The notes under the pieces were generated by a model, which saw only the letters and a list, made by a program, of their open reading frames with translations, made no database searches and was not told where the DNA came from. A stretch of DNA of 64,000 bases, from NCBI GenBank assembly GCA_963745075.1, contig CAVUWV010000009.1, forward strand, positions 160,001 to 224,000, given 5' to 3'. Below, in pieces: positions 8,819-18,559 of this stretch (the first letter of the stretch is position 1; each line of letters opens with the position of its first letter). The position numbers and the translations under genes were made by a program. The stretch is from Candidatus Hydrogenedentota bacterium. GTDB lineage: Bacteria; Hydrogenedentota; Hydrogenedentia; Hydrogenedentales; SLHB01.

Positions 8819-11389
8819 CTATGACACGTGGATCGTCACTGCTTCGCCGATTTGGAGGACGTGGCTCTTGGACCAGTTGTTCCATTTGAAGAGGTCGCTG
8901 GTGGACACGCCGTATTTCTGGGCGATGGTGGAGGGGCTTTGACCGGCGGTTGTCTTGTGGACGATGGTCTTCGGTTCCGATTTTGCGGTGGAGCCGCCGC
9001 CGGACACGATCAACTCTTGGCCCGCTTTCAGAACCGAGTTCTTGGACAAGCCGTTCCATGCGAGCAAATTGTCCAAGTCCACGCCGCACTTCTCTGCAAT
9101 GGTCCAGGCGCTTTCCCCCGGCTTCACCGTGTGTTTCTCAGGAGGAGCCGGGGTGGACGAGGTGGTCCCAATCGACCCCGACACTTTCAACGTTTGCCCC
9201 GCCTGTAATACGGCTGTCTTCGACAGGCCGTTCATGGCCAGCAAATCGCCCAAATCCATGTTGTACTTCTGCGCGATGGTCCAGGGGCTCTCGCCACTCG
9301 CGACGGTGTGCGTACGCGTAGCGGGCGCCGCGTGGGACGATTCGGCGGCCGACTTGGTACCCGATTCCGGCGCGGCAACGACGCAAACCTGACCCACCTT
9401 CAAGACGTCGCTTTTCGACAAGCCGTTCCACCGGAGGAAATCATCGAGACGGATCTTGTTCTTCGCCGCGATGACCGAGGCGCTTTCGCCCCGCGCCACG
9501 GTGTGGGTTGTGGGAGCGGCGGGCGCCGGCGCGGGTTCCTCCACCTGGGTCGCGGCTTCATCGATCGCCTGCACCGTGGGCTTCTCCGGCGTGGTGTTCG
9601 ACGCCATTTGTATCGTGGCGTCAACGTCACCCTCGGATTCGGCGTATACAACCAGTTCGTCCCCGACGCGAATGATGGATCGCTTCGTCAACCCGTTCCA
9701 CGCCAGCAAGTCTTCGAGGTCGACGTGATGGACTTCCGCAATCTTGGAAGGAAACTCGCCCGGCTTGACCCGATGCACGATCTTGTTCCCCGATGGCGTG
9801 GCCGCCGCGGACGCGGTTTGCACGCGCGGATCGGAAACGTAGAGCGACTGGCCAACGCGAATGCGCGCGCGGCGATCCAATCCGTTCCACGCCTGAAGGT
9901 CGTCGAGCGAAACAGCACGCGCCCGGGCAATGTCATACAGGGTATCGCCGCGTTTGACGCGATACACGCTGGCGCCGTCGTCGTTGTCAGCGACGGCAAT
10001 CGCCTCGCGGCCAGGAATTACCAGCTTCTTCCCGACGGGAAGCTTGCTCGCCGAACGGATACCATTTGCATCCATCAACTCCTTTACGGACACGCCGTAC
10101 TTGCGCGCGATCCCGGAAGGCGTTTCGCCGCGGTGGACCGTATGGGTTGCGCCGCTTGCGTACATGGTTTTCTGGGGCGTCTTGTAAATCGTGTTCAATG
10201 CCGCCAGCATTTTCTCGCTGGCACCCGCCGGCACCGCGACCTCATACTCGCCGGTCGGCGGTGTCGCGCCGCGGATCAATTCGGGGTTCAAGCGTTTCAA
10301 TGTGCCCGACGGCAGGCCACTTTCCTTGTCGAGCATGGACAAGGAATACGATCCCTTGACGGGCACCCGCACGATTTCCTCGGGCGGTTGCGGATTCCGT
10401 TTGAACCCATACCGCTCCGGATTGCTTCCCACGATGATGCTGGCGAGCAGCTTGGGGTAGAACTTCTTCGTCTCGTCTTTCATGTGGCTCGACGCGGGGG
10501 GAGTCTCGATAAGTTGCCATAAATCGCGTTCGCCGCCGTTCATGGCAATCGCGCGGCTGATACCGCCCTCGCCCATGTTGTACGACGCAATCGCCAGCGG
10601 CCACTCGCCGTTAAACATGGCGGTCAGGTCGCGCAGGTACGCGATGGCCGCATGCGTTTCCTTTTGCCAGTCTCGGCGCTCGTCGACGTAGCTGTCGATA
10701 CGCAAACCATAGCGCGAGCCGGTTGCGCGCATGAACTGCCACATGCCAACGGCGCCCGCGCGCGACGTTACGCTCGGATGAAACTGACTTTCCACCATGG
10801 CCAGCCAGACCAAATCTTTCGGTAGACCGGCCTTAATCAATTCGCGCTCGACATACGGGCGATATTGATAGCTCCGATCGAGACCCGCCTGGAAATTGCG
10901 CGGATACAAGTTCTGAATTTCTTCGATCTCGGCGATGACCCGTTCGTTGATGAAGCCCTTGGCGAATAGCTCGCCTCCAACGTGCTGCCCCGGTTCGCCC
11001 ATCTCGCCAACACCGCTTCGATCGAAGAGGCTCGCCGTTTCCGTAGTGGAGTCCAGGATTCGTTCGAACTCACTTCGAAGACTGTAAAAGACCGACGGGT
11101 CCAGGTCCGCCTCAATCAGCAAGTGAAGCATCGTGTTGTAATGCTGCAGCGCTGCCTGCTGGTCGCCCTTTTCCTGGGCCTCGTTTGCCTTGCGGAACGC
11201 CTCGTCGGCGGCCTTGAGCAAATCGGTGGCCGAGCGCGTGGCAACCGGGTCCAGATCCTGTGCGCCGACCTTCGCCATCGGGACTGGTTCAAACTGGTGG
11301 GTCTTATCCGATGTGGTCGAACATCCGGTAATCACGGCCAAGCCCACCGCTGCAATACCGATGGTCAGCCTGCTCGTGGTTTTATACAC
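8819..11389 (-). CDS. mltD: Membrane-bound lytic murein transglycosylase D-like lipoprotein with seven LysM domains
   Basis: Lipobox AVITGC; SLT motifs LAMVES, AVGMWQFM, ASYNMGEG, ETKKFYPK; seven repeats of the xV/TxxGE/D LysM type. Confidence 0.9.
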   Translation of the reverse strand: MYKTTSRLTIGIAAVGLAVITGCSTTSDKTHQFEPVPMAKVGAQDLDPVATRSATDLLKAADEAFRKANEAQEKGDQQAALQHYNTMLHLLIEADLDPSVFYSLRSEFERILDSTTETASLFDRSGVGEMGEPGQHVGGELFAKGFINERVIAEIEEIQNLYPRNFQAGLDRSYQYRPYVERELIKAGLPKDLVWLAMVESQFHPSVTSRAGAVGMWQFMRATGSRYGLRIDSYVDERRDWQKETHAAIAYLRDLTAMFNGEWPLAIASYNMGEGGISRAIAMNGGERDLWQLIETPPASSHMKDETKKFYPKLLASIIVGSNPERYGFKRNPQPPEEIVRVPVKGSYSLSMLDKESGLPSGTLKRLNPELIRGATPPTGEYEVAVPAGASEKMLAALNTIYKTPQKTMYASGATHTVHRGETPSGIARKYGVSVKELMDANGIRSASKLPVGKKLVIPGREAIAVADNDDGASVYRVKRGDTLYDIARARAVSLDDLQAWNGLDRRARIRVGQSLYVSDPRVQTASAAATPSGNKIVHRVKPGEFPSKIAEVHHVDLEDLLAWNGLTKRSIIRVGDELVVYAESEGDVDATIQMASNTTPEKPTVQAIDEAATQVEEPAPAPAAPTTHTVARGESASVIAAKNKIRLDDFLRWNGLSKSDVLKVGQVCVVAAPESGTKSAAESSHAAPATRTHTVASGESPWTIAQKYNMDLGDLLAMNGLSKTAVLQAGQTLKVSGSIGTTSSTPAPPEKHTVKPGESAWTIAEKCGVDLDNLLAWNGLSKNSVLKAGQELIVSGGGSTAKSEPKTIVHKTTAGQSPSTIAQKYGVSTSDLFKWNNWSKSHVLQIGEAVTIHVS

Positions 11390-11456
11390 TGGGCAGCGTT
11401 CTCCTATTTCTTGGACGGTGGCAATCGGTACCGCCCCAAATCCCTCTCAATTTATG

Positions 11457-11485
11457 AGTTTAGACAACTATAGATTGAGTGTCAA
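11457..11485 (-). promoter_or_regulatory. Sigma70-type promoter of mltD (TTGACA-17 nt-TAAACT)
   Basis: -35 at 11480-11485, -10 at 11457-11462; inverted repeat GCAACA-aga-TGTTGC at 11495-11509 just upstream. Confidence 0.75.
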
Positions 11486-11543
11486 GAATGGATAGCAACA
11501 AGATGTTGCGTTTTTCGAGAATTTCGAACTTTCGGCCCGCCGC

Positions 11544-11690
11544 CGGACGGACCGGCAAATTGCCCCCGCAGTTGGGACTGGGAACCCCCTTCACGGCTAG
11601 TACGACCCCTACACAGGCCGCGCAAGCAACCAGGAAGACGGGTGAAACCGCGAACCGTTCCTCGGGCTGCTCCGCTATTTCACGCGTCCG
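11544..11690 (-). ncRNA. Candidate structured non-coding RNA (long irregular rod), family unknown
   Basis: Nested helices found by hand, with G-U pairs on the minus strand; TATAAT at 11697-11702 positioned for a start near 11690. Confidence 0.4.
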
Positions 11691-11780
11691 AAGACAATTA
11701 TACCGTGGATGGTAGAGATTGCGACCCCTTGAAAGCAATTTTTGGGGAAATCCGGGCTCTTCGCCCACCTCGCGCGCGGT

Positions 11781-12797
11781 TTACCCCGGGGTCCGGATTT
11801 TGGCCATGACCACGTTAAGGACGAGGGCGACCATCAAGATGGCCCCGCTGATGGCTTCTTTGAGGTAAATGTCGATCGTCACGTGGTTCAACCCATTGTA
11901 AAGGATTCCGAAAGTGAGCACACCAACCACGGTGTTCGCGATGCCGCCCTTGCCGCCGAACAGTGACGTTCCTCCCAGGACGACCGCGGAAATGCATGCG
12001 ATCAGCATGTTGTCAAGACCGCCGGCCTGGGCGCTACCTAAGCGGCCGATGAGCACGATTCCCGACAACCCAGCCGTTACCGAACAAATACATAAGCAAG
12101 CCACCAGCGTGCGGGTGACCTTTACGCCGGACAACTCGGCCGCCTGGCGGTTTCCACCCACTGCATAGACGTTCCGCCCGAAGCGGGTATAGCGAAGCAC
12201 CAACAAAGCGATCCCAAGAAACACCGCCGCGACAACCGTGATTAACGGGATCTCCAACCAGGGGACCGGATCGCCTTGCGCGTCTATGGTGCTCATCAGC
12301 GGGATCGATTGGGTGCCGACGTATGCCAACGCGGGGGGAATATCGAAAATAGGTGTCCCGTGCGTGACCTTCAACGACAGCCCCTTCGCGATCAGAAACA
12401 TGGAAAGAGTCATCATGAACGACGGGACGCCCAGGCGGGCGACACCGAAGCCCGTGACGAGGCCAAAACCCGCGCACGCGATCAAGGCGATGACGATGGG
12501 CAATCCCTGAGCCAGCACCGGGGACATCGAGCCGCTGTGGGAGAACTCGCGGTACAGATACGCGGTCAGAACGCCCGCAAAGATGGCCATATTCTCGACA
12601 CTCAAATCGATCTCCGCCGTCAGCAGCACGAATGTAATGCCCACCGCCATGATGGCCAAGGCGGAATTCTGGCGCAGGATGTTAAGCAGATTCTCGCCGG
12701 TGAGGAACGTATCCGTGATGAGCGAGAAGAAGAGGAACAAGGTCACGCAGGTTATCAGTGGGGCCAGCGAACCAAGCTTTCCAAATAGGTGTTTCAC
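11781..12797 (-). CDS. Sugar ABC transporter permease (RbsC/AraH family)
   Basis: TFVLLTAEIDLSV, TRFGRNVYAVGGNRQAAELSGV, ACVVLGGTSLFGGKG; GTG start with GAGGA RBS. Confidence 0.9.
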   Translation of the reverse strand: MKHLFGKLGSLAPLITCVTLFLFFSLITDTFLTGENLLNILRQNSALAIMAVGITFVLLTAEIDLSVENMAIFAGVLTAYLYREFSHSGSMSPVLAQGLPIVIALIACAGFGLVTGFGVARLGVPSFMMTLSMFLIAKGLSLKVTHGTPIFDIPPALAYVGTQSIPLMSTIDAQGDPVPWLEIPLITVVAAVFLGIALLVLRYTRFGRNVYAVGGNRQAAELSGVKVTRTLVACLCICSVTAGLSGIVLIGRLGSAQAGGLDNMLIACISAVVLGGTSLFGGKGGIANTVVGVLTFGILYNGLNHVTIDIYLKEAISGAILMVALVLNVVMAKIRTPG

Positions 12798-13032
12798 GTT
12801 TCCTCGTTGTGTCTGGCAATCCGGTCTCTGTGCCGAACGCGTTCGGAGGATTATAGCGGCAACGTGACGCAGCGCTGCAATGAGCCGACCGGCGGGCATC
12901 ACCCCCTCGAACAGGCGGTGCTTTTAGGCTATCACATAATTAGAACGCCACGACGGCTCAACTGCTCTTTTGAATACGCGGGATCGCCGGGCGTATGATC
13001 CCGTGCAAACTTTGCCTGAGGGGGGTATTTCG

Positions 13033-14244
13033 ATGACGGAAGAACAACAGACAAACGAGAAGTCCAGCCACGAGATCAAGCTGGCTCCCAAGTGGCGCCT
13101 CACGTCGCTTGATGCGCTACGCGGTTTTACCATGTTTTGGATTATTGGGTCCGGCGCTTTCTACGATTCGCTAAAGACCATCGCCGAAGGCGGGGGGGAG
13201 GAGATTCAAGACTTCGCCGTGCTCGCCAAGGCGGGGTTCGCCGGTTTTCTCGCCAACCAATTCGAGCACCGAAGTTGGGAAGGATTTGTCTTCTACGACC
13301 TGATCTTTCCAACCTTTATCTTCATTATCGGCGTGTCGATCGTTTTTTCCCTGAACAAGATGCGCGACCATGAGAACAAGGCCGCGATTTACAAACGCAT
13401 CGTCAAACGCTTTGTAATTCTATTCCTGCTGGGGGTCTTCTACGACAAAGGCGTCGAGGAGCTTTTCCATTACACCAAAGGGGGCGCCGTGGAGTACGGC
13501 CACTTTCACGAAGACATTCTTTGTGGCGTGCTGCAACGGTTGGCGTGGTGTTATTTGTTCACCAGCCTGCTCTTTATGAATCTCCGGCTCAAAGGGCTGA
13601 TCGCGGTGTTCGTCAGCATCATGATCGGGTATTGGGCCCTCTGTTCTTTCGTAAAAGCTCCGGACGAGGCCGAGTATTCCCTCGAGAAGAATCACAATAT
13701 CTCCCATTGGATCGACAAACAGATTCCACCGTATCACAGCACGGACCCCGAGGGGTGGTTCAGTACCATTCCTGCGGTGAGCAGTTGCTTGCTCGGCGTG
13801 TTTACCGCATTCCTGATTCGCAACAAATCCGTCACCGAGCAGAAGAAAGTCCTGTATATGCTCGGCACGGGGGTCCTGATGGTCATCGCGGGCTATTTGT
13901 GGAGTTACCAGTTCCCCATAATCAAACGGCTGTGGACCTCGACGTACGTGCTCGTGGCCGGAGGATACAGTCTCATTCTTCTTGCGGTCTTCTATCAAAT
14001 CATCGACATTTGGAGGATCCAAAAGTGGTCCAAACCGTTCATTTGGATTGGCGCCAATCCGTTGACGATTTATATGGCAACGAACATCATCGATTTTGAT
14101 GAACTGGCCGGTCGCTTCGTGGGCGGTCCAATCAAAGAAGCCTTGGGGTTGTACGGTCCGCTGATCAACACCTTTGTCTCCGTCGGGCTTTGTCTGTGGC
14201 TGGTGCGCTTCCTGTACAAAAAACAGATCTTCCTTCGCGTGTGA
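13033..14244 (+). CDS. Heparan-alpha-glucosaminide N-acetyltransferase-like membrane protein (NagX/DUF5009 family)
   Basis: RLTSLDALRG, DLIFPTFIFIIGVSI, GVLQRLA, DPEGWFSTIPA, PIIKRLWTSTYVL. Confidence 0.85.
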   Translation: MTEEQQTNEKSSHEIKLAPKWRLTSLDALRGFTMFWIIGSGAFYDSLKTIAEGGGEEIQDFAVLAKAGFAGFLANQFEHRSWEGFVFYDLIFPTFIFIIGVSIVFSLNKMRDHENKAAIYKRIVKRFVILFLLGVFYDKGVEELFHYTKGGAVEYGHFHEDILCGVLQRLAWCYLFTSLLFMNLRLKGLIAVFVSIMIGYWALCSFVKAPDEAEYSLEKNHNISHWIDKQIPPYHSTDPEGWFSTIPAVSSCLLGVFTAFLIRNKSVTEQKKVLYMLGTGVLMVIAGYLWSYQFPIIKRLWTSTYVLVAGGYSLILLAVFYQIIDIWRIQKWSKPFIWIGANPLTIYMATNIIDFDELAGRFVGGPIKEALGLYGPLINTFVSVGLCLWLVRFLYKKQIFLRV

Positions 14245-14264
14245 CGTTTTGACAATCGCAAGTG

Positions 14265-14306
14265 CGGCCCCTCGTGCGAGATACCGTTCGAGGGGCCGTT
14301 TGTATT
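14265..14306 (+). terminator. Intrinsic terminator
   Basis: 10-bp stem CGGCCCCTCG/CGAGGGGCCG followed by TTTGTATT. Confidence 0.6.
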
Positions 14307-14476
14307 CCGCTTCCCGATGCCTGGAGTCCCGCCGTATGAATCCGTACAATCCGAAACGGTCACGGCGACAGGGGAGTCCCATGGGTGCATGCACACCAGC
14401 ACAACCATGTATTGACGCTGCGCTTGCATACGCTGGGGTTGCGCGCCGGAGGCGTTGCATTCCGCGCTGGAAGTTG

Positions 14477-16169
14477 ATGCCTCAGGCCGCATCGTCCTTT
14501 CCGCTTCTGGATATCGCACTATTCCTTCTGCGCTGGCTGTGGGCGGTTCCGTTTGTCGTGCTGGCGTGGCGATACCTGCGGAAGTTGCCGATTGAATCGG
14601 ACTCGGACCCCGAGCCGCGGTGGTTCGGAAAATCACTGTTCTTCCCGCTGGAGTTCCTCGACAAGGCGAGCCTTGCTATCATCGTCGGCTTATGGTTCCT
14701 CGTCTGGCTCGGGCATGGCTCGATCTTCCCCGTACCGCCGGATTCGTACTATCACCTGCTGGTCGCGCGGCAGGTATACGAAACCCATTCGGTGCCGCTT
14801 TGGGACTGGTGGGAGTGGGCCCCGCTCGGGCGGCCTCAGTTGTACCCGCCCCTCTACCACATCCTTCTCGCGCTTAGCGCCGTTCCCTTTCATGGGGATC
14901 TCCTGGCGGCTTTCCGAAATCTCCAACCGCTCATGCTGCCCTTCGCCCATCTTACGACGTGGTATCTTGCCCGCTGGCTCTTCGGACCACGCCGCGCGTT
15001 TGTCGCGTTGCTGATCGTGGGGATGGACCCCGTACTCGTAACGTCTTCCGCCTTGGGTATGCCGGGCGTGCTGGTCACGTCCTGGGTCAGCCTGATGATT
15101 GTGTTCTTTCTGTCCGGCCGATGGGTGTTCGCTACGGTTATGCTCGCAGTGGCGTTCTACACCCATCTGGGCATCCCCGCCCTGGCGCTGCTCGGCCTGG
15201 CGCTCTTCACTGCACTTCATCGTCGCTATTGGTGGCGCTACCTTGTCATGACGGCGCTTGCTGCGCCTTCTGGCGGCCCCGTGGTTCATCCGCATCGTCG
15301 TATTCCGCGACTGGTTTTCCCACCCTCTCGAGCAGGGGCTGTACGGCACCATCGAGTCGTGGAAACTGCCATTCGTCAAACTGGTCTGGCTCCAGATGAT
15401 CGACGTGTTTATCGTCCTGCTGGTCCTCATTGCCGTGCCGCGAATTCGCTGGCGGGAAACCCGTAATCAGCTCTTGCTATGTCTGCTGATCGGATTCTTG
15501 CCCATGCTCTTCAGCTACGGTGGGCGCTACTACATTCACACCGTGCATCTCTGGGCCATCTTCGCAGCGGTACCGTTTATGGGCTACCTGCGCGAGTCGG
15601 CGCGCTGGCGCAAGATCGGCATCCTTGCGCTGTTGGCGCTGTGTCCGGCGCCCTCGTTGATCGGACGGGGAACGCCGTTTCCATCGGGGGTATACCCCAT
15701 GCCATCGGCGTGGATGGTCCCGCCCGCGGTGGCCGTAGGCGGGCTCCGCTATCTTGACGGAGGGGGGGCGCTGGGCTTTGCATCCCTGGAGGACTGCAAG
15801 GAGGCCGCCGACGACATACGCGCGCGAACCAAACCCGAAGGAATAGTTTATCTCACCTGGGATCGCGATTTAGGGGTGACCATAGGATTTCTTGCCGATC
15901 GCCCTATCGATGTCGGTGCGTGGGAAGAAACCATGCCCGACGAGTCGAGCCGCGTACTTATTCGCTGGTATGCTTTTCACGATCCACATGCCTGTTATCT
16001 GTCGCGAATGAGTTTTGGAATCCCTGCGGGCGTGCCGAAGCAACCCGTGGACGGTATGTACCTCGGCTTTAGGAACGACGCCCGCAAGGGCCGCGATGCG
16101 AATGCCGACACGAAGAAGCACGGCAAGAAGAAAGAGAAGCGGCGAAAAGTCCGTAGAACCCAGGAGTAG
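14477..16169 (+). CDS. Polytopic membrane protein, GT-C glycosyltransferase-like; one-base frameshift at ~15266
   Basis: PDSYYHLLVAR...YPPLYH loop motif; ORFs 14174-15466 and 15258-16169 join as TALAALLAAPW if one C is removed. Confidence 0.6.
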
Positions 16170-16174
16170 ATGAC

Positions 16175-18559
16175 GTGATCTTACGAACCGTGCTTGTGAC
16201 ATTGATGGGGGCAACCGCGCTCGCGAATGCACCGGCCCCGTTGCAGTATTCATTCACGCTGTGGAACTGGGAAAAAGGGTATCGCGACATGGCCTTCTTT
16301 CGAAACCAGGTCGATGCCTGTCGCGCCGCCGGGTTCACACTCATTGAACTTGGGGCCGGGTGGCCGGATTGCGAGCCGGAACCCGGCGTCTTTGATTTCT
16401 CGTTGGTTGATAAACGCGTCGATTATATCCGGGATCGGAACATGGACATCCGGCTCCGCGTCGACGTGAGCCATTGGCCCAAATGGTTCGAGCCGGAAAA
16501 GTTCGAGAATCCGGACGGCTCCGCCTTCCTGCCCAATCGCGGATATCCGAGTGTGTTCAGTGAAGAAAATCGCACGCGTCAAATGCGCTTCGTCGCCGAA
16601 CTAGCGGAGCATTTCGCGGGCCGGGGGTTCACGTATACGCCGGGATTCAGCGTTCACATGGAAGTGAAGTTCGCCGCTTGGAATTCCTATGAGCCATCCG
16701 CCCGCGGCGCATTTCACCAGTGGCTCGCCGGGCGTTACGGCAGTCTGGCGGGGCTGAACGATGCATGGGGAACGGAGTACGCATACGTTACCGAGATCGA
16801 ACCACCGGTTCCGGACGCCACCCACGGTGATCCCGACTTGAATCCCGTAGTCCATGACTGGATTGCATTCCGAGAACAGGCGCTGACGGATTGGGTCCGC
16901 GCATTCGCCGCCACCGTTCGGTCAAACGATCCTTCGGCCCGGATCTCCGTGCCGCTGGGCGAAAGTTATCGGCGTGAGGCTGCGGCTTTCGCAAATCTCG
17001 ATTATTGGGGATACTCCCGGAAGGCGGACGAAATCGTTCACTCCTACGACTTCTTCTGGCACGGACCACAGGGGATTGCCCAGGTGCAGACGGCCGTGGC
17101 GACGATGTCCGGGATTACGCAGCGGCCCGTGATCCTGGAAATAGACGGACCCTACGCCATCGAACACTACGGCTACACGACGGAAGACTACCGGAAGATC
17201 GGTAACCTCGCGTTATCTGCGCGAGCGGCGGGGGTCCAGGTGACCAATTGGGGAAGCGTTAACGTCAGCACGCAACCGTGGATGCGAGAACTCGGAAACG
17301 ATCTCAAGAAGCACACGGGAGGGGCAGAAACGTCAGACGAACCAAAAGTCTTGTACTTCGTTTCAAAGTGGGCGAACTACTGCTTCCGCGAATCGGACGA
17401 ATGGCTGTACGACCGTCAGTTTGGCCTGTTTACTTCGTTACGCGCAGCGGGTATCCCGGCGCGAATTGTCACGGATGAGAACCTGATCTCCGAGAATCTC
17501 AGCGGGGACGTTCTCGTAATCCCGTTTGCGCCGCTGGTCGCCGCGCCCGTACGGGATCGGATCCGGGCGTTGTCCTACGGCATGCGAACGGTGGCGACCG
17601 ATCCCGTGGGCGTCTATACCTGCGTAGCCAAGACCGCCGGACAATTCGGCGCCAAGATCGAACGCCTGGACGGGGGGTGGCCAACCGATCCATCTGGTTT
17701 GAAGGCGATGCTTCTCAATAAGAACGGGGCCAGGAAGCTACGCGTGGCCGCGGTACAATTTCACACCAAGTTCAACGTCACCGCTAACACCGGCCGCATC
17801 ATCGCGTATCTCCACAAAGCCGCGGAGAATCACGTGGATGTCGTTGCGTTCACGGAAATGGCACTGACGGGATATTCCAAGCGCCGGGAGTTCGGTGATA
17901 CCATCGATTGGGTCGAGATTGACGAAGCAATTGAACGAATCAAGACGGCATGTCGTGAGTTGAGCATTTACGCGGTTGTCGGCGCCCCGACCCGGGATCG
18001 GGACGCAATCTTTTGTTCCGCTGTAACCATCGCGCCCACCGGTGAGATCATCGATGCGTATGAGAAGACGTATCTCGCCGGCGAACAGTGGGCGACGCCG
18101 GGCTGCAAGCTCACGGTCTTTCCCATCGAAGGGACCAAGTGCGGATCGTTCATTTGCCACGATGAGCGCTATGCCCACCTCGTCCAACTTCGGGCGCTCG
18201 CGGGCGCGCAGCTATTCTTCTGTATCTCCTGCGAGTCGGGGCCGGGCGATGAGCACAAGATCGAACCGTATCGCGCTCAGATACAGGCCCGTGCCGTCGA
18301 GAATGGCGTGTATATCGTGCACGCCAATGCCCCCGCGCGGTTGGACGATCTTGCGGCGGGTGACGCATCGCACGGGCAAAGCCGTATCGTTGCGCCGGAT
18401 GGAAACCTTCTTGTCGAAGCCAGTGTCGATGGCGAGGAGATGATTGTCGCGGATATCGATCTTCGCTATGCGCGCGACGCGGGGATGCCCGCCGCCCTCA
18501 CGTCCGGGTCCACGGCGGAATGGATGCGGCAAGGGGTGGAGCTGGTTACGGGTCGATAG
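16175..18559 (+). CDS. Secreted GH42/clan-A-like glycoside hydrolase fused to a C-terminal carbon-nitrogen hydrolase (nitrilase) domain
   Basis: Signal peptide; WPDCEPEPGVFDFS and FHQWLAGRYGSLAGLNDAWGT; C-terminal triad FTEMALTGY / YEKTYL / ICHDERY. Confidence 0.75.
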   Translation: MILRTVLVTLMGATALANAPAPLQYSFTLWNWEKGYRDMAFFRNQVDACRAAGFTLIELGAGWPDCEPEPGVFDFSLVDKRVDYIRDRNMDIRLRVDVSHWPKWFEPEKFENPDGSAFLPNRGYPSVFSEENRTRQMRFVAELAEHFAGRGFTYTPGFSVHMEVKFAAWNSYEPSARGAFHQWLAGRYGSLAGLNDAWGTEYAYVTEIEPPVPDATHGDPDLNPVVHDWIAFREQALTDWVRAFAATVRSNDPSARISVPLGESYRREAAAFANLDYWGYSRKADEIVHSYDFFWHGPQGIAQVQTAVATMSGITQRPVILEIDGPYAIEHYGYTTEDYRKIGNLALSARAAGVQVTNWGSVNVSTQPWMRELGNDLKKHTGGAETSDEPKVLYFVSKWANYCFRESDEWLYDRQFGLFTSLRAAGIPARIVTDENLISENLSGDVLVIPFAPLVAAPVRDRIRALSYGMRTVATDPVGVYTCVAKTAGQFGAKIERLDGGWPTDPSGLKAMLLNKNGARKLRVAAVQFHTKFNVTANTGRIIAYLHKAAENHVDVVAFTEMALTGYSKRREFGDTIDWVEIDEAIERIKTACRELSIYAVVGAPTRDRDAIFCSAVTIAPTGEIIDAYEKTYLAGEQWATPGCKLTVFPIEGTKCGSFICHDERYAHLVQLRALAGAQLFFCISCESGPGDEHKIEPYRAQIQARAVENGVYIVHANAPARLDDLAAGDASHGQSRIVAPDGNLLVEASVDGEEMIVADIDLRYARDAGMPAALTSGSTAEWMRQGVELVTGR

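Noticed and set aside
11530..11690. c-di-AMP or cobalamin riboswitch upstream of mltD
   Set aside because: Only fragments resemble the consensus (TGCCCCCGCA, GGGTGAAA) and they are in the wrong order; mltD has its own downstream promoter
11460..11768. 102-aa minus-strand ORF with a hydrophobic stretch
   Set aside because: No clear RBS, runs across the mltD promoter, no recognisable family
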